Shown here in pieces: positions 9,554-17,341 of a stretch of DNA of 56,357 bases. Positions within the stretch are counted from its first letter, which is position 1. The number at the start of each line of letters is the position of its first letter. Below the pieces are notes generated by a model that worked only from the letters and a program-made list of their open reading frames with translations, made no database searches and had not been told where the DNA came from. The position numbers and the translations under genes are program-made. The DNA lies in assembly GCA_039801565.1 (NCBI GenBank), contig JBDRUX010000003.1, forward strand, positions 1 to 56,357. The letters are read 5' to 3'. The DNA comes from a candidate division WOR-3 bacterium (lineage in GTDB: Bacteria; Hydrothermota; Tepidihabitantia; Tepidihabitantales; JAOUPE01).

Positions 9554-10251
9554 AACGCCAAGTCCCTTTAGTCATCACTTTTCTAACCGGCGTACTTTTA
9601 GTTGTTACCTTCTTCATTCCGCACGAACCTTTTGGCAGTTTAGAGCAAAGGTTTTTAATCTGGTATACGATTGTTGCTGGCTTCACTTATCTATTAGGTT
9701 TAGACAGTTTGGTTCGGTACCACTTATTAAAGGTTCGAGACCGTAAAGAAGGTTGGTTTTACAGTATAATTTTAATTTTGGGGTTAGTGATAACTTTAAT
9801 TCTGGGATTTTATTCTTGGGCAAAATTTAGAAGTCCCTTTGCCTTAGGTTGTCCATTTATGTATCTTTATACTTATATCATTATCCCATTGCAGGCTACA
9901 ATGTTTGCCCTATTAGCATTCTTTATCGCCTCAGCGGCTTATCGAGCCTTTCGTGCCAGAACTTTCGAAGCGACACTACTTTTGATTGCAGCGGGTCTGG
10001 TGATGTTAGGACGCGTCCCCTTAGGCGGTTGGCTCTGGCGTCAGTTAGCTACCCTTATCGGTCTAATTCCGGGTATCAATGGCGTGGCATTGGGTAAGTT
10101 TGAACTCTTTGCCCGAATCAATGATTGGATTATGGACATTCCGCAGACAGCAGCAAAACGCGGTATCTTCATCGGCACCTATTTAGGAGCAATTGCAATG
10201 TCAATCCGTATCATTCTTGGTATCGAAAGAACTTATATCTCCTCATCATGA
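9550..10251 (+). CDS. Polytopic membrane protein; function unknown
   Basis: ATGA start/stop overlap with the upstream gene. The sequence contains several hydrophobic helices. Confidence 0.6.
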   Translation: MKRQVPLVITFLTGVLLVVTFFIPHEPFGSLEQRFLIWYTIVAGFTYLLGLDSLVRYHLLKVRDRKEGWFYSIILILGLVITLILGFYSWAKFRSPFALGCPFMYLYTYIIIPLQATMFALLAFFIASAAYRAFRARTFEATLLLIAAGLVMLGRVPLGGWLWRQLATLIGLIPGINGVALGKFELFARINDWIMDIPQTAAKRGIFIGTYLGAIAMSIRIILGIERTYISSS

Positions 10252-11066
10252 GTTGGCTGACCAAAATTGGCACCATTGACCGCCGGATCATCTATGGTCT
10301 TGTTCTGCTGGCAGTAGCAATTCCTTTACTATTCAAAATGATTCTACCGATTCGGGTTTCGGAACCAGTAATGATGTGCTTTAATGCAATTGACCGGTTG
10401 CCACAAAACTCAGTAGTGATGATTTCGATTGATTACGATGCTGCCTCCGAACCTGAGCTACAACCGATGCTTGTAGCGGTCTTAAGACATTGCTTTGCCA
10501 AAGACCTGAAGGTGATTCTTTTGGGGCATTGGGCATTGGGGCTACCGTTAGGTGAGATTGCCTTAAACCAGGTCGCCCGAGAGTATAAAAAAGTTTATGG
10601 CGAAGATTATGTCAATCTTGGTTATCGTCCCGGCTATGTTGCTCAGATGGTTGGCCTCGGCCGCGAGATTAGAGACTTCTTTGCCGTTGATTACAAAGGC
10701 ATACCGATTGATAGTTTTCCCTTTATGCGTTCAGTTCATAATTATAATGATATTGACATCCTTTTTGGTTTAGAAGCTGGTGCTACCGGTGATGCTTGGG
10801 TACAATACGCTGGTGCTCGTTTCAATCAGAAAATGTTTTTCGGTGCGACTGGGGTAGTTGCACCGGATTATTTTCCTTATCTTCAAGCCAAGCAGATTGA
10901 AGGTATCATTGCTGGCTTACAAGGTGCGGCGGAATACGAAACTTTGGTGAAACAGGCTGGTAGTGCCATCTTAGGTATGCCTGCTCAATCGGTCGTCCAC
11001 GGACTTATCCTACTCTTTATCATCATTGGCAATATCGGTTATTTGCTAACCAGAAAAAAGAAATGA
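10248..11066 (+). CDS. Membrane-anchored protein (N- and C-terminal TM helices around a soluble domain); function unknown
   Basis: I prefer ATG 10248 (MSWLTKIG...), which makes an ATGA overlap with the upstream stop. The track start 10125 would overlap the preceding gene by 41 codons. Confidence 0.55.
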   Translation: MSWLTKIGTIDRRIIYGLVLLAVAIPLLFKMILPIRVSEPVMMCFNAIDRLPQNSVVMISIDYDAASEPELQPMLVAVLRHCFAKDLKVILLGHWALGLPLGEIALNQVAREYKKVYGEDYVNLGYRPGYVAQMVGLGREIRDFFAVDYKGIPIDSFPFMRSVHNYNDIDILFGLEAGATGDAWVQYAGARFNQKMFFGATGVVAPDYFPYLQAKQIEGIIAGLQGAAEYETLVKQAGSAILGMPAQSVVHGLILLFIIIGNIGYLLTRKKK

Positions 11067-11677
11067 TTGGCAATATCATTGGAACTTGGATTGCGGCAAC
11101 CTTAACGATTGCGATATTATCTTTTCTCTATCGGGACAATCCACTTTATAAATTAGCCGAGCACCTTTATGTTGGTGTCTCAGCCGGTTTCTGGGTAATT
11201 TACACTTGGTCGTTCGATGTCAAGCCGATGCTGATTGACCGGTTTATTCAAGCCACCGGAGTTGAAAAATGGGTTTTAGTTATTCCGGCAATCTTAGGGA
11301 TTATAATGCTCTCCCGTTGGATTCCCAAATACGGTTGGATTTCCCGTATCCCGATTTCTTTCACAGTCGGAATCGGCGCTGGTTTAGGAATCACTGCCAG
11401 TATTCAAGGTTTTATTCTACCACAAATCCAAGCCACACTTTTGCCTTTGACTACCATCAATAATATTATCATCGTCATTGGCTTCATTACCACTATATTC
11501 TATTTCTACTTTTCGCGTGAGCATAAAGGTTTTCTAAAAGTTGGCTCGCGAGTTGGGATTATTTTTATTATGGTTGCTTTTGGTGCCTCATTTGGTTATA
11601 CAGTAATGGCACGGATTTCACTTCTAATCGGTCGGGTCTATTTCCTTTTGCACGACTGGCTACATATTTTACGGTAG
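11063..11677 (+). CDS. Polytopic membrane protein; function unknown
   Basis: ATGA overlap with the upstream gene. The product is a hydrophobic 204-aa protein and the last gene of a five-gene same-strand block. Confidence 0.6.
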   Translation: MIGNIIGTWIAATLTIAILSFLYRDNPLYKLAEHLYVGVSAGFWVIYTWSFDVKPMLIDRFIQATGVEKWVLVIPAILGIIMLSRWIPKYGWISRIPISFTVGIGAGLGITASIQGFILPQIQATLLPLTTINNIIIVIGFITTIFYFYFSREHKGFLKVGSRVGIIFIMVAFGASFGYTVMARISLLIGRVYFLLHDWLHILR

Positions 11678-11709
11678 CAAAAACAACCGTAACCCAATCA
11701 TTTCGGGAA

Positions 11710-12012
11710 TTAGCCCTTGCGTCGAAATGCTCGCCAAGGGGCTAAAAACGAAAAGCAAAGTCCAAGCAGAAAACCTAAATTATATGGCCAGCCGGTATTA
11801 TTTATCTCATAAATGCCAACTCTCTTATTGAACAGACTGATTATGAAAGTAATTATAATAATCATACCGTGCCAAATACCTGCCCAAAAGCCTGCCTTAT
11901 GGCCAGGATTGATTTTTTGATTCCAACGGGCATTACCCGGCGCACAGGTCAAAAACACTAAGGCACAAAACAAAAGAAAGATGATTAGTAAGTTATTTCT
12001 CTGGTTTAACAT
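11710..12012 (-). CDS. Small membrane protein; function unknown
   Basis: 100 aa with 3 hydrophobic helices. It is convergent with the preceding operon. No recognisable motif. Confidence 0.4.
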   Translation of the reverse strand: MLNQRNNLLIIFLLFCALVFLTCAPGNARWNQKINPGHKAGFWAGIWHGMIIIITFIISLFNKRVGIYEINNTGWPYNLGFLLGLCFSFLAPWRAFRRKG

Positions 12013-12169
12013 TCAATCCTCCTTTTATGGTTTGATGATAAGCCAAGTTTTAAGATTGTCAATCTTCAATTAAAAGAACTTGAATTAAATCATTTCAGCC
12101 GAATTAGCCTGGGAACGTAAACCGATTCAGGCAAAGACTTATCCCAGTGCAATGAGGTGAACCGACTCT

Positions 12170-12420
12170 GCGGAATAAGTTACTAGTCTTTAGCCCACTT
12201 ACTAATTAAACCTCCAACCTGTTTACTAACTAACTTATTAACCAGTCTATAAACCAAATTAAAAGTTAGCAGTCGCGGTAGGTTCGAAACCAACCATTAA
12301 GCCTAACTTTAAGACCTCCCTTTCCCCTACTTCTCATACGGTTCCCTATACGGCATCGGGGGTAGCTAGGGGCTAGCCCCAGGCTAGCCTCTTCGCCACG
12401 GGTTTATAGGTTCATCTTCC
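12170..12420. repeat. Decayed, more AT-rich copy of the degenerate 12-bp tandem array family
   Basis: The 12-nt phasing is readable (ccaacctgttta ctaactaactta ttaaccagtcta ... gggggtagctag gggctagcccca ggctagcctctt). The G-rich end resembles the 49.7 kb array. Confidence 0.5.
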
Positions 12421-12496
12421 GTAAAATCAATGGGTTAAAACAAGTTTAAATTAACAAGTGGAAAAATTGGCGAATCTCTTGGAATTAAATTCAATT

Positions 12497-14395
12497 TCAC
12501 TGGAGTCGGAAAAGGACTTCCCGTGCCTTATAATTTTTTGGGTCAAGTTGTAAAACTTTTTCCCAAAGGCGATGGGCTTCTAATTTTTTGCCTTCATAAT
12601 AATTGACCAATCCCAAATGAAACAAAGCCAGGGTGAAATTGGGGTCAATGGCTAAGGCTTGCTCGTAATAACGACGCGCGAGAGGTAAATCGTTTTGCGT
12701 CAGTGCTAAATTGCCCAGATTGTTAAGCGCTTGAACCGAGTAAGGGTCAAGTTTAACCGCTTGCTCAAAATAGACCTTAGCCGAATCAAATTGATTTAGA
12801 GCCGCATAGACATTGCCAGCCAAGCCATAGGCATCAGCAATATTTGGCCAAAGTCTAACTGCGGCTTGGGCGAGCTTTTTTGCCCAAAAGGTTTGGCCTA
12901 ACTCCATTTGAACTGTAGTGGCTAAAGCTAAAATATTAACCGCGGAGTCAACCGCCAATGCTTGCTCCAATTCCTTAACAGTTTTACCAATTTGCCCGGT
13001 TTCGTGAAAGCCAAGGGCAGCTAAGAAATGGTTTTGCGCCTTATCGGTCGGGGGAATTCGAGCCAAATCAAAATTAAACAAACCAAAGGCAACGATAAAG
13101 ATGATAATACCAATAACCCTTTCTCTTCTTGATGTCTTAATAAAATTAACGAGTCCGTATCCGGCAAATGGAATCAAAAGCACCACGAAGGGTAGCCGAT
13201 ACCGAGCGGTTACAAAGAAGATGACAAAAGAAAGGCTATAACTAATTAGGAACAAATAAACTGGTAAAAGGCGTCGCCAATTATGCTTTGAGAGATAAAT
13301 ACCGACCAAAGATAATGGGAATAATAGACCAAACGGAAAAGACAAAAATCCGGTCTTGAAGATAAGGAATTTTAAGAAGGTGTAATTCTTAAAGAAATAG
13401 ATATCCCGATTATTGGAGACTTCGTAACCGGAAAGCCAAAGATAAATCTTTCGCAATAGTAATTTTAATGCAGAAAGCGGTTGGGTCTGCCAGAATTTAA
13501 GCCCCTGTTTTAACCAATAAGAATCAATATCTTTGCCTTTTAGCGGTCTTCCTACTTCTTGTTCGGCCAATCGCTTCGCATCGTAATAGCCGCCCCACCA
13601 ACTACCACGGGTTTGGGGTAAAATTGCGGTAACACCATCGGAGTATGGATTATTACCAATATAGAAGTTAGTTCCGCCCTGCCAGGCAATTAAAACCACA
13701 CTTTTACTTTTCACGTAATTTCTAATTGTAACCGGTGCGATAATAATAAACACCGGTAACAAAAATTGCACTAACCGTCGCCAACGCTGGGACGGAAAAC
13801 CCAATAGTAACCAACCGACAATTACCCCGATATAGACCAAAACATTGGGTCGCGCGATTGCCGCTAAACCCAAAAAGAGACCGGGCAGAAACCAGTAACG
13901 GTCGGTAGCGTAACTTCGCAAAAGAAAGAAAATCCCTAAAAGCAATAGAAAAATCAACAAATTAGCAATAAGCAATTCGCCGTCAAAATAAATTGCCAAT
14001 GGATAAAATGCCAAGACCAATCCAGCAATTTGGGCAACCGATTCGGTGAATAGGCGCCGGGCGATTAAATAAATTAGTCCACAACTCAAACTGCCAATTA
14101 GGGCTTGAATGATGCGGACAACAAAAAGGTTAATCCCAAAAATCTTATAGATTAACCCAAGAAAAAACGGATAGAGCGGTGCTCGAAAGTAAGCATCGGA
14201 AATAAACTCAATACCGTTAGCAATAGCAATTGCCCATTGGTGATGATAAAGTCCATCCATCTGCGGTGCATAAAACAACGGGTCATAGAAACGAGCCAAA
14301 ATGATATAGATTGTGCGAAGAATTAAACCAACGAAGATAATTAGGAAAAAATAAATGAAATTGACAAGAGACGACTTATTATCTTTTTTCGACAT
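12497..14395 (-). CDS. GT-C (family 39, ArnT/PMT-like) glycosyltransferase fused to C-terminal TPR repeats
   Basis: The N-terminal ~430 aa is polytopic, typical of ArnT/PMT. The C-terminal TPR units include AYGLAGNVYAALNQFDSAKVYFEQAVKLDP and ALNNLGNLALTQNDLPLARRYYEQALAIDP. Confidence 0.75.
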   Translation of the reverse strand: MSKKDNKSSLVNFIYFFLIIFVGLILRTIYIILARFYDPLFYAPQMDGLYHHQWAIAIANGIEFISDAYFRAPLYPFFLGLIYKIFGINLFVVRIIQALIGSLSCGLIYLIARRLFTESVAQIAGLVLAFYPLAIYFDGELLIANLLIFLLLLGIFFLLRSYATDRYWFLPGLFLGLAAIARPNVLVYIGVIVGWLLLGFPSQRWRRLVQFLLPVFIIIAPVTIRNYVKSKSVVLIAWQGGTNFYIGNNPYSDGVTAILPQTRGSWWGGYYDAKRLAEQEVGRPLKGKDIDSYWLKQGLKFWQTQPLSALKLLLRKIYLWLSGYEVSNNRDIYFFKNYTFLKFLIFKTGFLSFPFGLLFPLSLVGIYLSKHNWRRLLPVYLFLISYSLSFVIFFVTARYRLPFVVLLIPFAGYGLVNFIKTSRRERVIGIIIFIVAFGLFNFDLARIPPTDKAQNHFLAALGFHETGQIGKTVKELEQALAVDSAVNILALATTVQMELGQTFWAKKLAQAAVRLWPNIADAYGLAGNVYAALNQFDSAKVYFEQAVKLDPYSVQALNNLGNLALTQNDLPLARRYYEQALAIDPNFTLALFHLGLVNYYEGKKLEAHRLWEKVLQLDPKNYKAREVLFRLQ

Positions 14396-14428
14396 CAGTA
14401 TAAAACATAATAACGAATAGTTGTAAGG

Positions 14429-15226
14429 TTAGCGCAAGCGGAGCAAACTTGCCGGGTCAACTCTTTTTCCTTTATAACTGATTTCGAAATGAAGATGAGG
14501 CGCGGTAACTTGACCAGTTGCGCCCAAATATCCAATAAAATCACCTTTTTTAACTTTTTCACCTTGATGTCGAATCGCACGGCGCAGATGGCCATAAAAA
14601 CTGGTATAATCGCTACCATGCTCAATTACGATATATTTACCATAAATACTATCTTCCCCAACCGTTTTTATCACACCATCAGCAGTGGCAGCAATTGGCG
14701 TGCCTAAGGGAGCAACCAAATCAACCCCTTGGTGTTTTGAGTCGAACTCACGCGAGATTAAATAATTGACCAATGGTGGCTGGGCTGGGATATACTGAAC
14801 TTTTTCCTCCGCCAATTGCTTGGTTAATTCCGGTGGTAGCTGGGCTAATGCTGACTTATCGGTTTCAATTGGTGCTGAAACTTCATTTCCGGTTAGACTT
14901 AAAAAATCAATTTTCGGTGGTGATTTCTCAACCCCTAACATATTCTTTATCTTTTCACTTTCGGCTTCTAATTGGGCTAATCGGTTTTTTACTACTTCCA
15001 GTTTAGCATATTCTGCCTCCAGTTGGGCATTGCGGCGAATCAAATAACTCATTCTCAACATTTGATAAGAGTATCGGGTTAAAAAGAAAACCGTCGTTCC
15101 CAATCCGAGGATAAAAAGTATAAGCAGAATCAATAATAGTCTTAGGGTCGCAAGCGAGATGGTCTTACTATAACTCTTATTTTGATAATTGGGTATAATA
15201 ACAATTGTAAACTCTTTGCGCATCAA
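14429..15226 (-). CDS. M23 (LytM) family metallopeptidase with an N-terminal TM helix and coiled coil
   Basis: HQGVDLVAPLGTPIAATADGVI and TAPHLHFEI motifs. Confidence 0.85.
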   Translation of the reverse strand: MMRKEFTIVIIPNYQNKSYSKTISLATLRLLLILLILFILGLGTTVFFLTRYSYQMLRMSYLIRRNAQLEAEYAKLEVVKNRLAQLEAESEKIKNMLGVEKSPPKIDFLSLTGNEVSAPIETDKSALAQLPPELTKQLAEEKVQYIPAQPPLVNYLISREFDSKHQGVDLVAPLGTPIAATADGVIKTVGEDSIYGKYIVIEHGSDYTSFYGHLRRAIRHQGEKVKKGDFIGYLGATGQVTAPHLHFEISYKGKRVDPASLLRLR

Positions 15227-15227
15227 T

Positions 15228-16073
15228 TTAAGTTGTTTTAGTTATAATCTTAATGATTCGGTCCAAATCCTCCTCGGAATAAAATTGAATCTTAATTTGA
15301 CCGCGTCCGCCGCGTTTTTCGATATCAACCCGACTTCCTAAATATTGTTGCAGCATATCCTCTAAGGCTTCGATGTGAACATCTCGTTCTATGGTGGTTG
15401 TCGCTCGTCGGGTTTTGGGCGAGCAGAGTTTCTCAACTGCCCGGACCGAAAGTCCTTCCTGAACAATTCGCTCACAAATTGCTTCTTGTTCTTTGCGATT
15501 GGTGATTGCCAAAAGTGCGCGGGCATGCGAAGCACTGATTTTCCGTTGAGCGAGGTAATCGCGTACTTTTGGCGGTAAGGTCAAGAGGCGTAAAGCATTG
15601 GTCACGGTCGAACGGTCCTTACCAACCCTTTCGGCAATTCCGTCATGAGTAAGATTGAATTCGTCAACCAATCGTTTATACGCCAATGCCTCATCAATCG
15701 GATTCAAATCGGTCCGTTGCAGATTTTCGACTAAAGCCAACTCGAGCATCGCCCGTTCGGAGATGTCTTTAATAATCGCTGGAATCGTTTCTAAGCCAGC
15801 TTCTTTGGCTGCCCGTAATCGGCGTTCCCCAACTACCAGTTCATAACCATCGCCTTTAGGGCGGACCACAATCGGTTGAAGTACACCATTCTCTTTAATG
15901 GAAGCAACCAGTTCGGCAAGATTTTCATTTGGGTCAGTTCGGGGTTGAAATGGATTGGGTCTAACCTCTTCAATCCTTAAAAATTTTAAATCTTTTCGGT
16001 CGACCTCAAAGGCGGTCTTGGTCTCTTCGGAAAGCAAAGCATAGAGACCCTTGCCTAAAGCCTTGCGGGTCAT
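15228..16073 (-). CDS. parB: Chromosome partitioning protein ParB/Spo0J
   Basis: LQPIVVRP...YELVVGERRLRAAKEAGL ParB box. Start/stop overlap with parA. Confidence 0.9.
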   Translation of the reverse strand: MTRKALGKGLYALLSEETKTAFEVDRKDLKFLRIEEVRPNPFQPRTDPNENLAELVASIKENGVLQPIVVRPKGDGYELVVGERRLRAAKEAGLETIPAIIKDISERAMLELALVENLQRTDLNPIDEALAYKRLVDEFNLTHDGIAERVGKDRSTVTNALRLLTLPPKVRDYLAQRKISASHARALLAITNRKEQEAICERIVQEGLSVRAVEKLCSPKTRRATTTIERDVHIEALEDMLQQYLGSRVDIEKRGGRGQIKIQFYSEEDLDRIIKIITKTT

Positions 16074-16897
16074 AATGCACTCCCTTCTTTGATATCCGAA
16101 CTAATCAGTGCCGGTGGCTCAACCGAACTAAGAATCTCGCTGGCTAAGGCTAAATAGGCTTGAGCCCCGGCTGAGGTTATGTCATACTGGAAAATCGTTT
16201 TACCAAAACTGGGTGCCTCGGCTAAGCGGACACTTCTGGGAATCACCGAATTGAAGACGCGTCCTTTAAAGAAATTCTTTACCTCTTCCAGTACCTGACG
16301 CGCTAAAGTGAGTCGAGTCGAAAACATCGTCAGGAGCACTCCTTCGATTTCAAGATTGGGATTTAAACCACGCTTCAGCATATTTATTGTCTCTAAAAGC
16401 CGCGATAAACCTTCTAATGAATAGTATTCACACTGGACCGGAATCAACACACTATCAGCTGCCACCAACCCATTTAAGGTCAAAATTCCCAAGGCAGGTG
16501 GGCAGTCAATGATAATGAAGGAATAATCCGCTTCAACTGTGTTTAATGCCAAACGGAGACGGCTTTCGCGTTGGGGCAAATCAACAAATTCCACCTCACT
16601 ACCAACTAATGAGATGTTAGAAGGCAAAAGGTCGAGTCTGGGAAAGACATCAGAAATAATACCCTCTTTCGTTTTCGTAGCATCAATCAAGGCGTCATAG
16701 GTGGTGACCGCCAGCCGATTTTTGTCAATCCCCAAGCCGAGTGTCGCATGGGCTTGCGGGTCAATGTCAACCAATAAGACCCTTTCTTGATGTGCTTCAT
16801 CGGTCTTGCGCATTGCTAATGCTGCACTGAGATTGATTGCCGTGGTAGTCTTACCAACGCCACCTTTTTGATTGGCAATGGCAATCTTTCTTGCCAT
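16070..16897 (-). CDS. parA: Chromosome partitioning ATPase ParA/Soj
   Basis: Deviant Walker A motif NQKGGVGKTTTAINL. DCPPALG segment. Paired with parB. Confidence 0.9.
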   Translation of the reverse strand: MARKIAIANQKGGVGKTTTAINLSAALAMRKTDEAHQERVLLVDIDPQAHATLGLGIDKNRLAVTTYDALIDATKTKEGIISDVFPRLDLLPSNISLVGSEVEFVDLPQRESRLRLALNTVEADYSFIIIDCPPALGILTLNGLVAADSVLIPVQCEYYSLEGLSRLLETINMLKRGLNPNLEIEGVLLTMFSTRLTLARQVLEEVKNFFKGRVFNSVIPRSVRLAEAPSFGKTIFQYDITSAGAQAYLALASEILSSVEPPALISSDIKEGSAL

Positions 16898-17341
16898 ACA
16901 AATTTAAACTCTAATCTTTTTTTGCCCGAAGTCAATAGCGAAGATATTCAGTTCTTATTTAAACCCATAACATTAAGGCAACTTAAAAATTCCTTAATCA
17001 ATTATTATCGAGTTGGTAAAAACCAAGAACAAAAGATAAGGTATTTTTCAATGGTTAATCTTAAAAAGGTATTAACAATTTCGAGGAAAATCAGCTATTG
17101 ACAAAACTAAATTTAATTGTAAGATTGAATTAACTTTGGAGAGTGAAAAATGGTTGCTTTAGGATTACGACGATTAGAGGCTTTATCTGATTTTTGCTCC
17201 CAAGACTCCAAAATCTTTTCTGCTTTAATAACAATATGCGTTATTTTAAAACATAAAAAGGAAGGAGGTGATGTTAACCGAAGGTTAGAAAAACCTGACA
17301 GAAGTGGAGAACCTTAATACTATAAATAAAGGAGGTCTAAG

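Noticed and set aside
10125-10247. Track-predicted N-terminal extension of the third membrane gene. The same applies to 32613-32771, 42643-42705, 46597-46623, 27263-27292 and 56310-56336.
   Set aside because: Each extension overlaps the preceding gene or lacks an RBS. In every case an internal ATG with an SD or an ATGA/TAATG coupling gives a sensible N-terminus.
12255-12285. tRNA-like T-arm (ggttcgaaacc) in the 12 kb gap
   Set aside because: Only a 2-bp stem closes the TTCGAAA loop. No acceptor, D or anticodon arms can be drawn around it.
17150-17317. 55-codon ORF in the 5' region of the Kelch gene, downstream of a TTGACA-16-TAAGAT promoter (17098-17125)
   Set aside because: It has a plausible GGAGAG RBS, but the sequence has no recognisable features and conservation cannot be assessed. 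It may simply be the 5' UTR.
16898-17341. oriC, DnaA boxes or parS next to parAB
   Set aside because: I could not find TTATCCACA-type clusters or a TGTTNCACGTGAAACA-like parS in this gap or within parB.
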